DNA of 64,000 nt from a phage, in assembly GCA_025823825.1 (NCBI GenBank), contig GCA_025823825.1_4720.1; one strand, written 5' to 3'. The notes under the pieces are model-generated. The model was not told the DNA's origin. It did no database searches and saw nothing but the letters and a program-made list of their open reading frames with translations. Within the stretch, counting starts at the first letter, position 1. Each line of letters opens with the position of its first letter. This document shows, in pieces, positions 9,340 through 19,238 of this stretch. The position numbers and the translations under genes were made by a program.

Positions 9340-10161
9340 ATGGAAAAAGTATTTGTTTGTAAGTTGTTTACCAACGGCAATAGCCAACCAATGTATCTGA
9401 CCGATCCTGTTCTAGGTAATCGGAACAGTACCGTATTCAAAGAAGCTTTCGAATACGCTAAAAATAAAGCCGTGAGAACACTGACGTCTGATGACTGTAT
9501 CAACGGTATCACGTGGGCAGAGTTATTCGGTGATGCTGTTAGACACTTCGTTCAGGACGCAAGAAAACAGGAAATCAGTCTCACGACTATCGTTGTGCGC
9601 GAAAACGCAGAAATTTTATCAAACGTTTTGGTTGATTTTAATGACGTTTGCGTGTTTAATCCAGAGAACACGTTTGAACAATATCTTACTGCCCTGAACA
9701 ACCAGCTCGGTAAAGATATTCATCCCGAATTCGCCAAGTTAACGTATCAAGTGCTTTTTAACGACGTCGATCCAAACACAAAGATCAACACCAGCTTATC
9801 GCCCCTGGTAAAGAAATACGGATCGGTTCTTGCTACGGCAACACCCACCACCGATGGCGGTTACGATATCGAATTGGATGGTCCATTAAAAGAACAAGAG
9901 CCTACTGGGGTTCGGGCGGTACATCACAACCTCGTCGTTAAATCTGATGGATGCGATGAACATTACGCTATGATGAACGATGAAAACAATTACCGTTTAA
10001 GTCAAGCGATTGGTGTTCTACGCTATACCGAACCCACTGTTGTAGACGATTATACATCGACAACAACACACACCACATGTTTCATTTTCATCTACCCCAA
10101 TGAAAGTGTGTACATTACTGACTGCTACGGCAACACTGTAGATAGCTTACGTCGTTACTAA
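9340..10161 (+). CDS. hypothetical protein (273 aa)
   Basis: Track ORF 9322..10161 trimmed to the first ATG (MEKVFV...); followed by a terminator. Confidence 0.6.
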   Translation: MEKVFVCKLFTNGNSQPMYLTDPVLGNRNSTVFKEAFEYAKNKAVRTLTSDDCINGITWAELFGDAVRHFVQDARKQEISLTTIVVRENAEILSNVLVDFNDVCVFNPENTFEQYLTALNNQLGKDIHPEFAKLTYQVLFNDVDPNTKINTSLSPLVKKYGSVLATATPTTDGGYDIELDGPLKEQEPTGVRAVHHNLVVKSDGCDEHYAMMNDENNYRLSQAIGVLRYTEPTVVDDYTSTTTHTTCFIFIYPNESVYITDCYGNTVDSLRRY

Positions 10162-10167
10162 TCGTCG

Positions 10168-10194
10168 AGCCTGTCCTTCGGGGCAGGCTTTTAT
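10168..10194 (+). terminator. intrinsic terminator
   Basis: AGCCTGTCC-TTCG-GGGCAGGCT followed by TTTTAT, directly after the stop at 10161. Confidence 0.7.
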
Positions 10195-10269
10195 GCTGTT
10201 AAATATCAGGAATAAGAATTAACAAAATAGGAAAATGGTGTGTATATAACACAAAGGAGGGAGATGATT

Positions 10270-10386
10270 ATGTTACTCATTCTAATGGAGAGAGCATTGC
10301 TGGCGGGTATCTGCGCATTCTCTGTTAAACACGCTGTTGCTATCATGGCTGAAGAAAGGCGTAATACGCATAATGTATTACGCTGA
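10270..10386 (+). CDS. small hydrophobic protein (38 aa), below the ORF-track size cut-off
   Basis: AAGGAGG 8 nt upstream of ATG; translation MLLILMERALLAGICAFSVKHAVAIMAEERRNTHNVLR. Confidence 0.4.
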   Translation: MLLILMERALLAGICAFSVKHAVAIMAEERRNTHNVLR

Positions 10387-10495
10387 AAACACTGTGTGCA
10401 TTAGTGTATGACGAGAAATCGTCGAGGCCCCCGTCTTCACGAGGGCCAACACCTATGCATGATTATCCATCGTCTGTTAAACAAAGGTTATAAAT

Positions 10496-10804
10496 ATGAG
10501 CAATTTGAACGTTGAATTTACTTCAACAACGCCTGTCATGAATGGTGTTGGCACTGAAACCAAAATCGTATTAGAACCCATTCCAGGGTTACGTGATCTC
10601 GGTGATTTTTATCAACTGATGCCGCGTATACGGAAGGCCTTAAACAGCATCGATCTTGATTCCAATAAAGATTTCCAACACGATACAGAAAATACTGATC
10701 ATGTATTGCTACCATCGGGGATCGCAAAATTCACCTACACGCAAACATTGAAAGCCTCCGATGGTGAAATCCGTCGTTTTATCGTTGAAGTAGAAAGCGC
10801 ATAA
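10496..10804 (+). CDS. hypothetical protein (102 aa)
   Basis: Track ORF, followed by a conserved hairpin. Confidence 0.55.
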   Translation: MSNLNVEFTSTTPVMNGVGTETKIVLEPIPGLRDLGDFYQLMPRIRKALNSIDLDSNKDFQHDTENTDHVLLPSGIAKFTYTQTLKASDGEIRRFIVEVESA

Positions 10805-10808
10805 AAAC

Positions 10809-10840
10809 CATCCTCCCAACCCGTAAGGGAAGGGAGGATG
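10809..10840. terminator. conserved CCTCC/GGAGG hairpin element (family member 2)
   Basis: CATCCTCCC-AACCC-GTAA-GGGAA-GGGAGGATG between convergent genes; flanks CATAA ... ATATG. Confidence 0.6.
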
Positions 10841-10857
10841 AAATATGCCGTTAAACG

Positions 10858-11487
10858 TTATTCAACAAACCCTGCGTTCAACAGATTGTCGTAAACACGA
10901 TTAGCGACATCAACAGGAGAATGTGTGTTACTGGTGTCTATACACAACGTTTTCGCGTCGCCGAGATAGTCCATAAAATCCATGTAACGATAACGTCGTT
11001 TATTGAATGTCGCTTCATCGATGTTATCAAACATCTGATGTTTAGCGTGACGAACACGGAACCGTCTTAAATACGTAGGATAGTCGATATCCAGATAAAC
11101 ATAGTAAGACGGCATGATAATCGACGGTAGGTTCGGCAACAATGCGTCAAACAACTTAACGTTGGCATCATTAACCTGATAAACATACGTCGAAGCAATC
11201 GAACGATCGCTAAGCACAGTCTTCCCTTCGTTAAGGGCTGGATGAATCACCTTGTTGAAGAGATGATTGCGTTGCGACATCATCGCCAATAGCTCAGTTT
11301 CTGGATCGAATCTGTTCGTTGGCGTCTGATCTTCCAGGATAAGTTTACGAATGGCTTCTCCGTAGAGTGTACCGCCGGGTTCGCGTACGACACAAACATT
11401 GTTTAAACGACTGTGTAAAGACGAGATAACCGAACTCTTTCCTGAATAATCCAGGCCTTCAATAACGATATATTTATTACGAGACAT
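10858..11487 (-). CDS. tmk: thymidylate (dTMP) kinase
   Basis: N-terminal P-loop KYIVIEGLDYSGKSS matches the Tmk signature (E. coli IVIEGLEGAGKTT); size about 210 aa; start placed at the ATG with GGAG upstream. Confidence 0.8.
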   Translation of the reverse strand: MSRNKYIVIEGLDYSGKSSVISSLHSRLNNVCVVREPGGTLYGEAIRKLILEDQTPTNRFDPETELLAMMSQRNHLFNKVIHPALNEGKTVLSDRSIASTYVYQVNDANVKLFDALLPNLPSIIMPSYYVYLDIDYPTYLRRFRVRHAKHQMFDNIDEATFNKRRYRYMDFMDYLGDAKTLCIDTSNTHSPVDVANRVYDNLLNAGFVE

Positions 11488-11503
11488 TCCCCGCTCCAAT
11501 TAA

Positions 11504-12727
11504 CTACTTCGTTTTCGCCGTTATCGGCTGCGATACTGTAATCTCGACACGATTTTCATCGGTACGTTTAACGATGATAAGGTTGCGTTCATCACCGAAC
11601 GGTTCTGAGATCTTACAAGCCTCTTTAAGATTTTCGAGAATCTTGCCATGGGGTTCAAACACCGCAAAACCGGAACTAGCGTCTATTCTTATTAGACTTA
11701 CACGCGTGCCGTTTACGGTAATAACATCTTCCGTCTTGAATTCACAACAGGAGGGTAGACGGAACTGGCCGGGAATACCGGCTACGTATGCCTCACCACC
11801 GAACATTTCTATTAATGTCACCGGTTTGAATGTTTTCTCTGGGAAAGCATTATTGAGGATATCGTTTCCATTCACAAACCAGATCGTTACTTTATCTTCA
11901 GAATACGCTAGTCGGTACGGTTGGGTTGCGGACGCTTGCGCTTTATGCTGGTTAAATAACTTTGATTTTGTCGCAATCACGGCACGACCTTCGGCGTCGA
12001 AGTACAGAACTTCATATCCAACACATCCGATAAACACGCGACGGTTATTAAGTTCCGGAATTCTGACTACTAACGCATTACCATCTTCCGTCGGTGTAAT
12101 ACCACGTAGGATGATAGATTCATTGTTCAATGTTGAGTTGCTCACGATGACGCTTCGCATTACCGCTGGCGACACTATTTTATCTGCTGCAGGTTCAAGT
12201 TGCTCCGCTGTTACAGTCATGGATCTGTCTTCGTTTTCAACTGGCCGGTTGAAAAGGATTGTTTTATTAAGACAAACAATTGGGGTAATTTCGCCGATAC
12301 TCCGTATCTTGACTGAGGGGCAATTGCACACATACGGAACAAAAACATCAATATCGTTGGTCGCTTCTTCAAGCATGCTAGCATACGCCATTGCTTCGGG
12401 ACGATCGGTGAGATGAATAACAGCATAGACGATATCGTCTTTTAACCACGCACGTTTCACTCGTCCTATAACACGATTGATGTCTACAATAACTCTCTGA
12501 GCTTTCATCTCCCATTTTACTGCATCAGTACCACCCGCAACCACGTTTGGTTTATCCGTGTTTACACGATGAAGGAAACTATTGATTATTTCCTCATTGA
12601 TCTGGATATCCTTTCTCGCAAAATTCAACAACGGAATAACGAACTCATTGTTACCGCACTTCTCTGCTCCGCGAATGATAGGAGTACACTTCTTGTTCTC
12701 ATCTGATCCCCAGATAACTTTAGTCAT
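11504..12727 (-). CDS. hypothetical protein (407 aa) in recombination cluster
   Basis: Track ORF between tmk and the RuvC-like gene; no calcineurin-type phosphoesterase or other motif recognised. Confidence 0.6.
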   Translation of the reverse strand: MTKVIWGSDENKKCTPIIRGAEKCGNNEFVIPLLNFARKDIQINEEIINSFLHRVNTDKPNVVAGGTDAVKWEMKAQRVIVDINRVIGRVKRAWLKDDIVYAVIHLTDRPEAMAYASMLEEATNDIDVFVPYVCNCPSVKIRSIGEITPIVCLNKTILFNRPVENEDRSMTVTAEQLEPAADKIVSPAVMRSVIVSNSTLNNESIILRGITPTEDGNALVVRIPELNNRRVFIGCVGYEVLYFDAEGRAVIATKSKLFNQHKAQASATQPYRLAYSEDKVTIWFVNGNDILNNAFPEKTFKPVTLIEMFGGEAYVAGIPGQFRLPSCCEFKTEDVITVNGTRVSLIRIDASSGFAVFEPHGKILENLKEACKISEPFGDERNLIIVKRTDENRVEITVSQPITAKTK

Positions 12728-12760
12728 TTTCTGTTTCCTTCTTGGGTTTTGTACATGTTG

Positions 12761-13375
12761 CTAACGGCGTTTTGTACCGACCTTCCCATTTCGATGGTCA
12801 TCAAGAATACGCCATTCTTCGAACAGGAGTTCGGCTGCGAAATAACCTACAGCGATGCTGTCTATCGCATGCTCATCAAGATTCGCTAACACAACACCGT
12901 TTCTGGGTGTGATGTTCATGAGGTTCAACACTTTCTGGCGAACATCGTCCTTACCGACACGGGACGTCATGATCCCAACAGCGCGTTTTGCGCTTCGGTT
13001 ATCAACTCCTAAGAAAGACACCGTAGGGTCAAAATCGATAACCGTTGTCTGAATCGCTGAAAACAGCTCGCTGAGCGCCATACCGCTTTGCTTGAAACGA
13101 CCGATGAACGGTGTCTCACAAGCAACCGCTTGCGGCTGGTACTCTTGTAATAACGATGTCAGCGAACGACGGTGTTCTTGGATACGTGCGGCACGATTAC
13201 CGTATCCAAGCGCAATATCGCCATCAGGATCATATCGACGCGAAGCGTGCCATGTCCCCGCATACAGCAGTTCAATATCTTCGACACGCACGTCCAAACG
13301 TAGTAACGACGCACCGAGTGTATCGGTGCCAGGGTCGATTGCCAGAATATCGTAAGCGTATTCTGGTGGGATCAT
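12761..13375 (-). CDS. RuvC-like Holliday junction resolvase
   Basis: N-terminal YDILAIDPGTDTLGASL and C-terminal LDEHAIDSIAVGYF resemble the acidic catalytic motifs of RuvC-family resolvases; ATG overlaps the stop of the upstream gene (ATGA). Confidence 0.7.
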   Translation of the reverse strand: MIPPEYAYDILAIDPGTDTLGASLLRLDVRVEDIELLYAGTWHASRRYDPDGDIALGYGNRAARIQEHRRSLTSLLQEYQPQAVACETPFIGRFKQSGMALSELFSAIQTTVIDFDPTVSFLGVDNRSAKRAVGIMTSRVGKDDVRQKVLNLMNITPRNGVVLANLDEHAIDSIAVGYFAAELLFEEWRILDDHRNGKVGTKRR

Positions 13376-14187
13376 GGTGTTACAACAGCCTCTACTGACC
13401 ATGGGAAGGTTTTCGCAACAACACCTTCCAGGAAGCGTTCAACTTCCGATTGCTCATACACCGAAAGCTTTTCGAACGGCGTTTGGTCTTCGGTTAAACC
13501 TACCGAATGAATAGGACCCAGGTCTTTAACCAGGGTAACTTCGCCTTTAACGCCTTCGCGCTTAACGATGATCGCATGATCATTAACCTTGGGATCGTAC
13601 AGCACGCGCATCATGGTTACTGCATCATCCGGTTCATAACCGAAATCGATGGCAACACGAGCATTCGTCCCTTCATCGTCCAGAAGCTTGCTTAGCGCTT
13701 TACAACGGTCTTCAATCCAATCCAACGCGACCACGGTTTCTTGGCGTAGCTGAACCTCAACCTCTTTTCCTTGTTCGTCGATACGTTTCACGGTAACAAA
13801 ATCGTGTAATAAACGGTCAGGAAGGAGAGAAGCAATAAGCTCAACGTCGGGTTCAGGTTTTTCGTTTTCCAGAATGATGGTCGCTTGTGCGTCCAGATGT
13901 TCTTTAAAACGGATATAGCGTGTTAATCGCAGAACTTCGTCTTGGGATTTTGCGTCTTCGGGAATAATCTCCGTCATGACGTTATAAATCTTTTCAGCGA
14001 ACGTCGGAATTACGGTGATTGTAATTCGTGCTGGTGTACCACGCTCCTGGTACTCATCGGCTAACTTCTTCGCCATCCCGTTAAAGTAGGTCTGGAGAAA
14101 CGGTTGCTGCGTTAAAAACATTTTCTCCAGATCGGAATAGCGATGCTTGCGTGCATGGCCTAGCTTCTTCATGGGTTTTTTCATCAA
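13372..14187 (-). CDS. hypothetical protein (271 aa)
   Basis: Track ORF directly downstream of the Rad50-like gene; no nuclease motif recognised. Confidence 0.55.
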   Translation of the reverse strand: MMKKPMKKLGHARKHRYSDLEKMFLTQQPFLQTYFNGMAKKLADEYQERGTPARITITVIPTFAEKIYNVMTEIIPEDAKSQDEVLRLTRYIRFKEHLDAQATIILENEKPEPDVELIASLLPDRLLHDFVTVKRIDEQGKEVEVQLRQETVVALDWIEDRCKALSKLLDDEGTNARVAIDFGYEPDDAVTMMRVLYDPKVNDHAIIVKREGVKGEVTLVKDLGPIHSVGLTEDQTPFEKLSVYEQSEVERFLEGVVAKTFPWSVEAVVTP

Positions 14188-14205
14188 CAGAAATCCTTAT
14201 TTGTC

Positions 14206-16662
14206 TTAAATAATCGTGACGTGTTCGTTATATGTTTCAGGGAGAATGATGTTCGTTTTATCAAGAACCATACACTCGGCTTTACGGAATGATGCATGGT
14301 TGATCACGTAGTGACTGATGAACCACACCTGGCTTACGCGGTGACCATCAACCAGACGACGAACAAAATCCATGGCATTAGATTGGTGCTGCGGATCAAA
14401 TGTTGATGCGAATTCATCTAACATCAACGGATAATCCGTAAACCCCTTGTAATGCATCATCGCGATGATGAACGCGATATTGATAATTTCCTTTTGTCCC
14501 TTACTCCCATAAACAATATCTTTTCGCGGTGTCGGATACTTCTCAGTTAAAAGCGGAAAACGATAGTTCAATCCTTGCGCGTCGATAGCACACGGGAGTA
14601 TCTGAAGTTGGTATTCCCAAATACTCGCAATGATACCATTCATGTATTCGACGAACGCGTTGATGGGACCCGCAATTGTTTCGGCAATCAGTCCGTTGGA
14701 TGGACTCAACTCATCCAGAACAAGTTGTGCGTAACTGAGCTGTTCTTCCACCTCTTTTTGTGTCGTTTCCAACTGAGCCAGAAGCTGCTGGTCGGTTTTA
14801 GCTTCCTGTAGTTGCTGTTCGACATGACTTATTCGGCGAACTGTATCAGACATCGCAGCACGTAACGATTTCGTGTAGAGGTGTTGCAGATACTCTAACC
14901 ACAGTTGCGTTAACGCTTTATCGCTGTTATCAGAACGCACCTGATCTTCCATAACCGCCGTAATGGTTTCCAATCTACCTTCCGTAGCTGTGATGGCTTG
15001 TGTTAACCGCTCAACGGTTGTTAACAACTCTGTCCTGTTCTTATAAAGCAATTCTCGACGTTGCTGTAACGGTTCAACATCAACCGCTTGTACCCGTTCG
15101 AGCATGCCTTGAAGATGCTTCCGTTCCTGTTCGGCTTGTGTGTAACGCGCAAGTTTCTCAAACGCAAGCAACCAATCGTTAATGATGCCAATGCTGCGGA
15201 ATCCTAAACCGTTTTTGCGGCCTTCTTCCAGCAGATTATCCCACATGGGTTTAATAGCGTAATAATCTTTCGTCCAACGTGTTAACTGACGATGTTGTTC
15301 CATCCAAAGCGTATAGCGCTGCACCTTCTCACTAAGCTCAGCTAACGATTTCTCCTGTTCTTCAACCCAGGCATGGCCCTTCTGAATACGTTGTTCAATA
15401 CCCGCTTTGCTGGTCTTTTCTGTCTCACCAACATGAAAGCGATAATTGCATTTTGGACAGCTGGTCTGGGGTTGATGGTTAAGGTGGTCGAGATGCGCTT
15501 CCAAATCGGCTAACGCATGTTTCGCGTTACGCAAACGCATTCTTGCCGCCTCTTCCTCCTTGATGTAAGCTTCAGCATCGTAAACATGATAGGTGTTGTC
15601 GGTATCAATCCATTCTTGGAGTAATTCCGTTAACGGAGCCTGAACTTGCGTGAGCTGTTGTAAACAAACCGCAGCGTCCAGATTCATCGTTAAAAGCTCG
15701 CCTGGATGATCTTGCTGAAGTTGTTCGTCCAAACGTGCGAGGCGGGCTTTAATCTGATCGATATCACCTTCACCAGACTGTTTCAACTGGTCAAGGATAT
15801 TATCGATACCCAACAGCTCGTCAACCTGACTTTCGAGTTTCGCATTCGCATTCGCGAGTTGCTCTCTTAGTTCAGCCAGATTCTGCTGTTCTTGTTGCGA
15901 TGTTCCTCCTTGGTAACGAACAACCGCATGAAGAAGCTCGCGATTAAAATGATGAGCACGTTGTGCGGATTCCAGAAGCTGTCGTTGATCAACATCACTA
16001 TCGAATAACGGCAATCCCATCATCGCTTCGAGCGCTGAGCGTTGCTGCTTTAACTCCGCTTCCAATCCCTGGTGGTCGGTTCCGGTGTATTTCGCTTCAA
16101 TGCGCTGTGATGTTTCAACCAACTTATTCAATGTATGCTCATTCACCGCTTTCAGTGAACGTACTTGTTGCTTAACAACCTGAAACAACTCGAGCGCATA
16201 ATCGACGTTAACCGGGCATATCTGCGTTAATCGTTCGCGACGTTTCATCGGTCCCATTTCGGTGAACTGGTAAGCTGTTTCGTAACCTAACAACAAACGA
16301 ATGGTGTCGTCATTAAGTTCGAAATGTTCTTCGATCAGTTTCCACTGGGCCGGTTGTGTGCCACCACCATTCAGGTTCTCGCTATCGTTAACGTAGAACT
16401 CATGCTTAAACCCTTTTTCTAAACGACTGATAAGACGGTATTGCTTATTACGGTGTTCGCAGCGGTACTCGTAATACCCGTCTTTATCAAAATCGGCACG
16501 CTCAGGAACGGTCGGATACAGCAAAGGCAATAGACTACTCTTACCCGAACCATTACTGCCTAAAATGAGTTGTACGGGATTATCTGGCCGGATGACCAGC
16601 TCCCGAATCATCCCGGTATCAAAACGATTGAATCCACGTAAGTGGAGATAGGTGCATCGCAT
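14206..16662 (-). CDS. Rad50/SbcC-like ATPase with zinc hook
   Basis: Walker A LILGSNGSGKSS; long central coiled coil with CPKC hook at mid-length; C-terminal signature-like GSKGQKE, Walker B LMLDEF and H-loop FISHY. Start set to the ATG at 16662 (MRCTYLHLRGF, AAGGA upstream). Confidence 0.85.
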   Translation of the reverse strand: MRCTYLHLRGFNRFDTGMIRELVIRPDNPVQLILGSNGSGKSSLLPLLYPTVPERADFDKDGYYEYRCEHRNKQYRLISRLEKGFKHEFYVNDSENLNGGGTQPAQWKLIEEHFELNDDTIRLLLGYETAYQFTEMGPMKRRERLTQICPVNVDYALELFQVVKQQVRSLKAVNEHTLNKLVETSQRIEAKYTGTDHQGLEAELKQQRSALEAMMGLPLFDSDVDQRQLLESAQRAHHFNRELLHAVVRYQGGTSQQEQQNLAELREQLANANAKLESQVDELLGIDNILDQLKQSGEGDIDQIKARLARLDEQLQQDHPGELLTMNLDAAVCLQQLTQVQAPLTELLQEWIDTDNTYHVYDAEAYIKEEEAARMRLRNAKHALADLEAHLDHLNHQPQTSCPKCNYRFHVGETEKTSKAGIEQRIQKGHAWVEEQEKSLAELSEKVQRYTLWMEQHRQLTRWTKDYYAIKPMWDNLLEEGRKNGLGFRSIGIINDWLLAFEKLARYTQAEQERKHLQGMLERVQAVDVEPLQQRRELLYKNRTELLTTVERLTQAITATEGRLETITAVMEDQVRSDNSDKALTQLWLEYLQHLYTKSLRAAMSDTVRRISHVEQQLQEAKTDQQLLAQLETTQKEVEEQLSYAQLVLDELSPSNGLIAETIAGPINAFVEYMNGIIASIWEYQLQILPCAIDAQGLNYRFPLLTEKYPTPRKDIVYGSKGQKEIINIAFIIAMMHYKGFTDYPLMLDEFASTFDPQHQSNAMDFVRRLVDGHRVSQVWFISHYVINHASFRKAECMVLDKTNIILPETYNEHVTII

Positions 16663-16776
16663 GCTATGATAATCCTTCTTCGATACCTTCTGAACCCGTG
16701 GTTCAGAATGCGAAGCTGAAGCCATACTTCAGCGTTATTTTCTATATCGTTATTTAAATCAGTAGGAGATTACAGC

Positions 16777-17865
16777 ATGAGCGATCTGGCAACAGACAAT
16801 CGCACAAAAGGGAGTCAGCTAGCTCCAGACAACAACGTAAGCGTTTTCCGTATCTTTGCCTTGGGTACTGTTGCTGCCGACTTTTCCAATAAAAGTCTGG
16901 AGGAAGATCCTAACCAAACGCTGGAGGTCTTTCTTGATGAGATGATGTCGGGCGCTGATGGGAAAGTTGAAGCGGCGGGAAGCGTTAAAGAAGTCAGTGC
17001 AACAGACGCTCAAGGGAACAGCTATACGGCGAAAGCGGCAACAACAACCAGCGTACAGTGTTACTGGTTACCCTTCGGCAGTAACCGGATGACAGCACCT
17101 AACTTGAGGAAAGGTCAGCGTGTGGTGGTCTGGCGTACCGCCGATGAAGAACAACTCTACTGGCAGCCCAAAGGAGGGGATAGCGAGCTGATGACCATGG
17201 AATCGGTTATCCTCACCGTCAGCGCACGTCCTAGCGCTAAGAAGGACCGTAAATCGATTTCAACGGAAGACTGCTATTACCTAATGGTTGATACCTTCCT
17301 CAAGAAAGCGGTTATCGGTACCAGCGCACAGCTTGGTGAAGTTACCCAAGTTTACATGGAACTTAATCTGGACGAGGGTTACCTACAGGTTGCGGACAGC
17401 GTCCATCAAAATCTGCTGTTACTCCATTTCGTTGAACATATGCTGCGTTATCAAAACCAGGACGACAGCATCATCGACGTGACAAAAAAGAACATCACAT
17501 TCCAGTGCGAGGATACGCTCAAAGCAATTGCTAAGAACGATATCCGAATGAAAGCAAAAAATATTTATACGGAATGTGAGAACTTCGAGCGTACCAGCAA
17601 AACAGAAAGCGTTACGAGTCAGAATGTTTCTTTGAAGTGTGATCGTTACACCGCGCAAGTATCAGGACAGACCACGTTTAAATGTCCGAATACGGTATTC
17701 ACTGGAGCTGTAAGCTTCACAGGTGAAGACGGAAACACGATGACGTTGAATGGGAACTTCATACACGTCGCAGGCTCTTGGCGTTCACCAACCGGAACAA
17801 ACGTATACACCCACGATCACGGTGGTGTAGATCGTGGCAGCGGTCGTACAGACCCATTCCAATAA
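16777..17865 (+). CDS. hypothetical protein (362 aa) with C-terminal HxH motif
   Basis: AGGAGA Shine-Dalgarno; C-terminus ...NVYTHDHGGVDRGSGRTDPFQ; followed by an A11 run and a conserved hairpin. Confidence 0.6.
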   Translation: MSDLATDNRTKGSQLAPDNNVSVFRIFALGTVAADFSNKSLEEDPNQTLEVFLDEMMSGADGKVEAAGSVKEVSATDAQGNSYTAKAATTTSVQCYWLPFGSNRMTAPNLRKGQRVVVWRTADEEQLYWQPKGGDSELMTMESVILTVSARPSAKKDRKSISTEDCYYLMVDTFLKKAVIGTSAQLGEVTQVYMELNLDEGYLQVADSVHQNLLLLHFVEHMLRYQNQDDSIIDVTKKNITFQCEDTLKAIAKNDIRMKAKNIYTECENFERTSKTESVTSQNVSLKCDRYTAQVSGQTTFKCPNTVFTGAVSFTGEDGNTMTLNGNFIHVAGSWRSPTGTNVYTHDHGGVDRGSGRTDPFQ

Positions 17866-17888
17866 AAAAAAAAAGAAATGCTATACAA

Positions 17889-17923
17889 CCTCCTTCCCCG
17901 GCCTTGACGGCTAGGGAAGGAGG
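17889..17923. terminator. conserved CCTCC/GGAGG hairpin element (family member 3)
   Basis: CCTCCTTCCCC...GGGAAGGAGG; on the minus strand it is followed by a T11 run, so it is an intrinsic terminator for the gene 17939..18328. Confidence 0.65.
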
Positions 17924-17938
17924 ATTATAGTTTATTTA

Positions 17939-18328
17939 TTAACGCGTTGCATTCTGGATGATTTCTTTTCCGATCTTAACCAAAGCGGGTATCTGTACAG
18001 CGGTTGCGCCTCGATGACGAAACGCGGTCGTTAACGCGGTATCGATACTCACCGCACGTCCGTGAAGACGATCGAAATAGACTTGAGTGATTGCAGCAGC
18101 ATAATCCTTTCGCTGTTTCTTGGTTTGGTTCAACAGCGTCGCACTATGACTAACGATGAAGTAAGCGATTAAGAAGAACGCCGCTGAACGCGAACCGGGT
18201 AGAAAACCTTGTCGCTTAGGAAGCATCTCACAATCGCGAACAGAATTATCGTTCGCGAGCTCTTCCATGTCAACACAGCATAATTTTGCATAGGTGTGGA
18301 GATAGTGGGTAAAAGTTGAATTTAACAT
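17939..18328 (-). CDS. hypothetical protein (129 aa)
   Basis: Track ORF; GAGGA Shine-Dalgarno. Confidence 0.55.
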   Translation of the reverse strand: MLNSTFTHYLHTYAKLCCVDMEELANDNSVRDCEMLPKRQGFLPGSRSAAFFLIAYFIVSHSATLLNQTKKQRKDYAAAITQVYFDRLHGRAVSIDTALTTAFRHRGATAVQIPALVKIGKEIIQNATR

Positions 18329-18433
18329 TTTCTTTCCTCGATTGCCATGAGTTCAATGTATAGCTTAAACGTCACAGAACGACGTATAACGGTTTGTTTT
18401 AATTTCTAAGGGGTTTCCTTATCTACGATTGAA

Positions 18434-18796
18434 TTAAAGCGTTCTGAAGAGTTCTGTAGCGTTCTCGTCACGTAGACAGGCTTCGTTCAACAATTCAGCT
18501 AACAGCTTCGACCGAACTTCAACAAATGTCCTGAGGCGATGCTCCCATTCTAAACGGATAGTGTACGTATTATCCAGGTTTTTGTAATCAACGACAGATG
18601 TAGAACAACGGGCTTCGCGTTTGTTCACAGCACTCCAAACATCACGGATAACCGTCACGCCTTTCTTGGTACACGTAAACGTTAAAATAAAGCGATTATT
18701 CGCTGCTTCTTCACGGACATGACTAAATTCACTTCGTAACGATGAGACTTTGATCAGTCGGTCAATAGCTAACGATAAACCGATACGTTGTTGCAT
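18434..18796 (-). CDS. hypothetical protein (120 aa)
   Basis: Track ORF in the operon behind the promoter-like motif at 21.76 kb. Confidence 0.5.
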   Translation of the reverse strand: MQQRIGLSLAIDRLIKVSSLRSEFSHVREEAANNRFILTFTCTKKGVTVIRDVWSAVNKREARCSTSVVDYKNLDNTYTIRLEWEHRLRTFVEVRSKLLAELLNEACLRDENATELFRTL

Positions 18797-18797
18797 A

Positions 18798-19223
18798 TCA
18801 AATTCCTTCTTTCAAAATCTCATTAAGACCGTCAGTAATCCAGTCGAACTTCGTCTTAATCATGGCTGGGTTCAATCCATATACTTCCCACACAAGCTGG
18901 GGTTTATGTGTTCCATCGTCCAAACAAAGCACATCGATTGAGAGTACCATACCACCCGTCAATTTCATGTTCTCGCAACTACGAAGATATGCGGATTCTA
19001 GCAATACTTTCCCTAACGCAGTGCAAGCAAATGTTAACCGGGAAGAGTACAGGTACGATGACGTTTTACAGTAGGTTGCTGATATCGGTTGAATATGTTT
19101 GCGGAGTTTGGCGTCTTCACGTAAAAGCAATAACGTGTGATGTAACCGCGTATGCTCGGTAACCGATGAGCTATACTCACCGATACACTCTTCGGCGACT
19201 GATTTAGGCCATTTAATTTGCAT
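18798..19223 (-). CDS. hypothetical protein (141 aa)
   Basis: Track ORF, adjacent to the stop of the upstream gene. Confidence 0.5.
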   Translation of the reverse strand: MQIKWPKSVAEECIGEYSSSVTEHTRLHHTLLLLREDAKLRKHIQPISATYCKTSSYLYSSRLTFACTALGKVLLESAYLRSCENMKLTGGMVLSIDVLCLDDGTHKPQLVWEVYGLNPAMIKTKFDWITDGLNEILKEGI

Positions 19224-19238
19224 GTTCGATTCCCCTTA

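Noticed and set aside
11574-12416. 280-aa plus-strand ORF
   Set aside because: Lies wholly inside and antisense to the 407-aa minus-strand gene, which fits the operon orientation and spacing.
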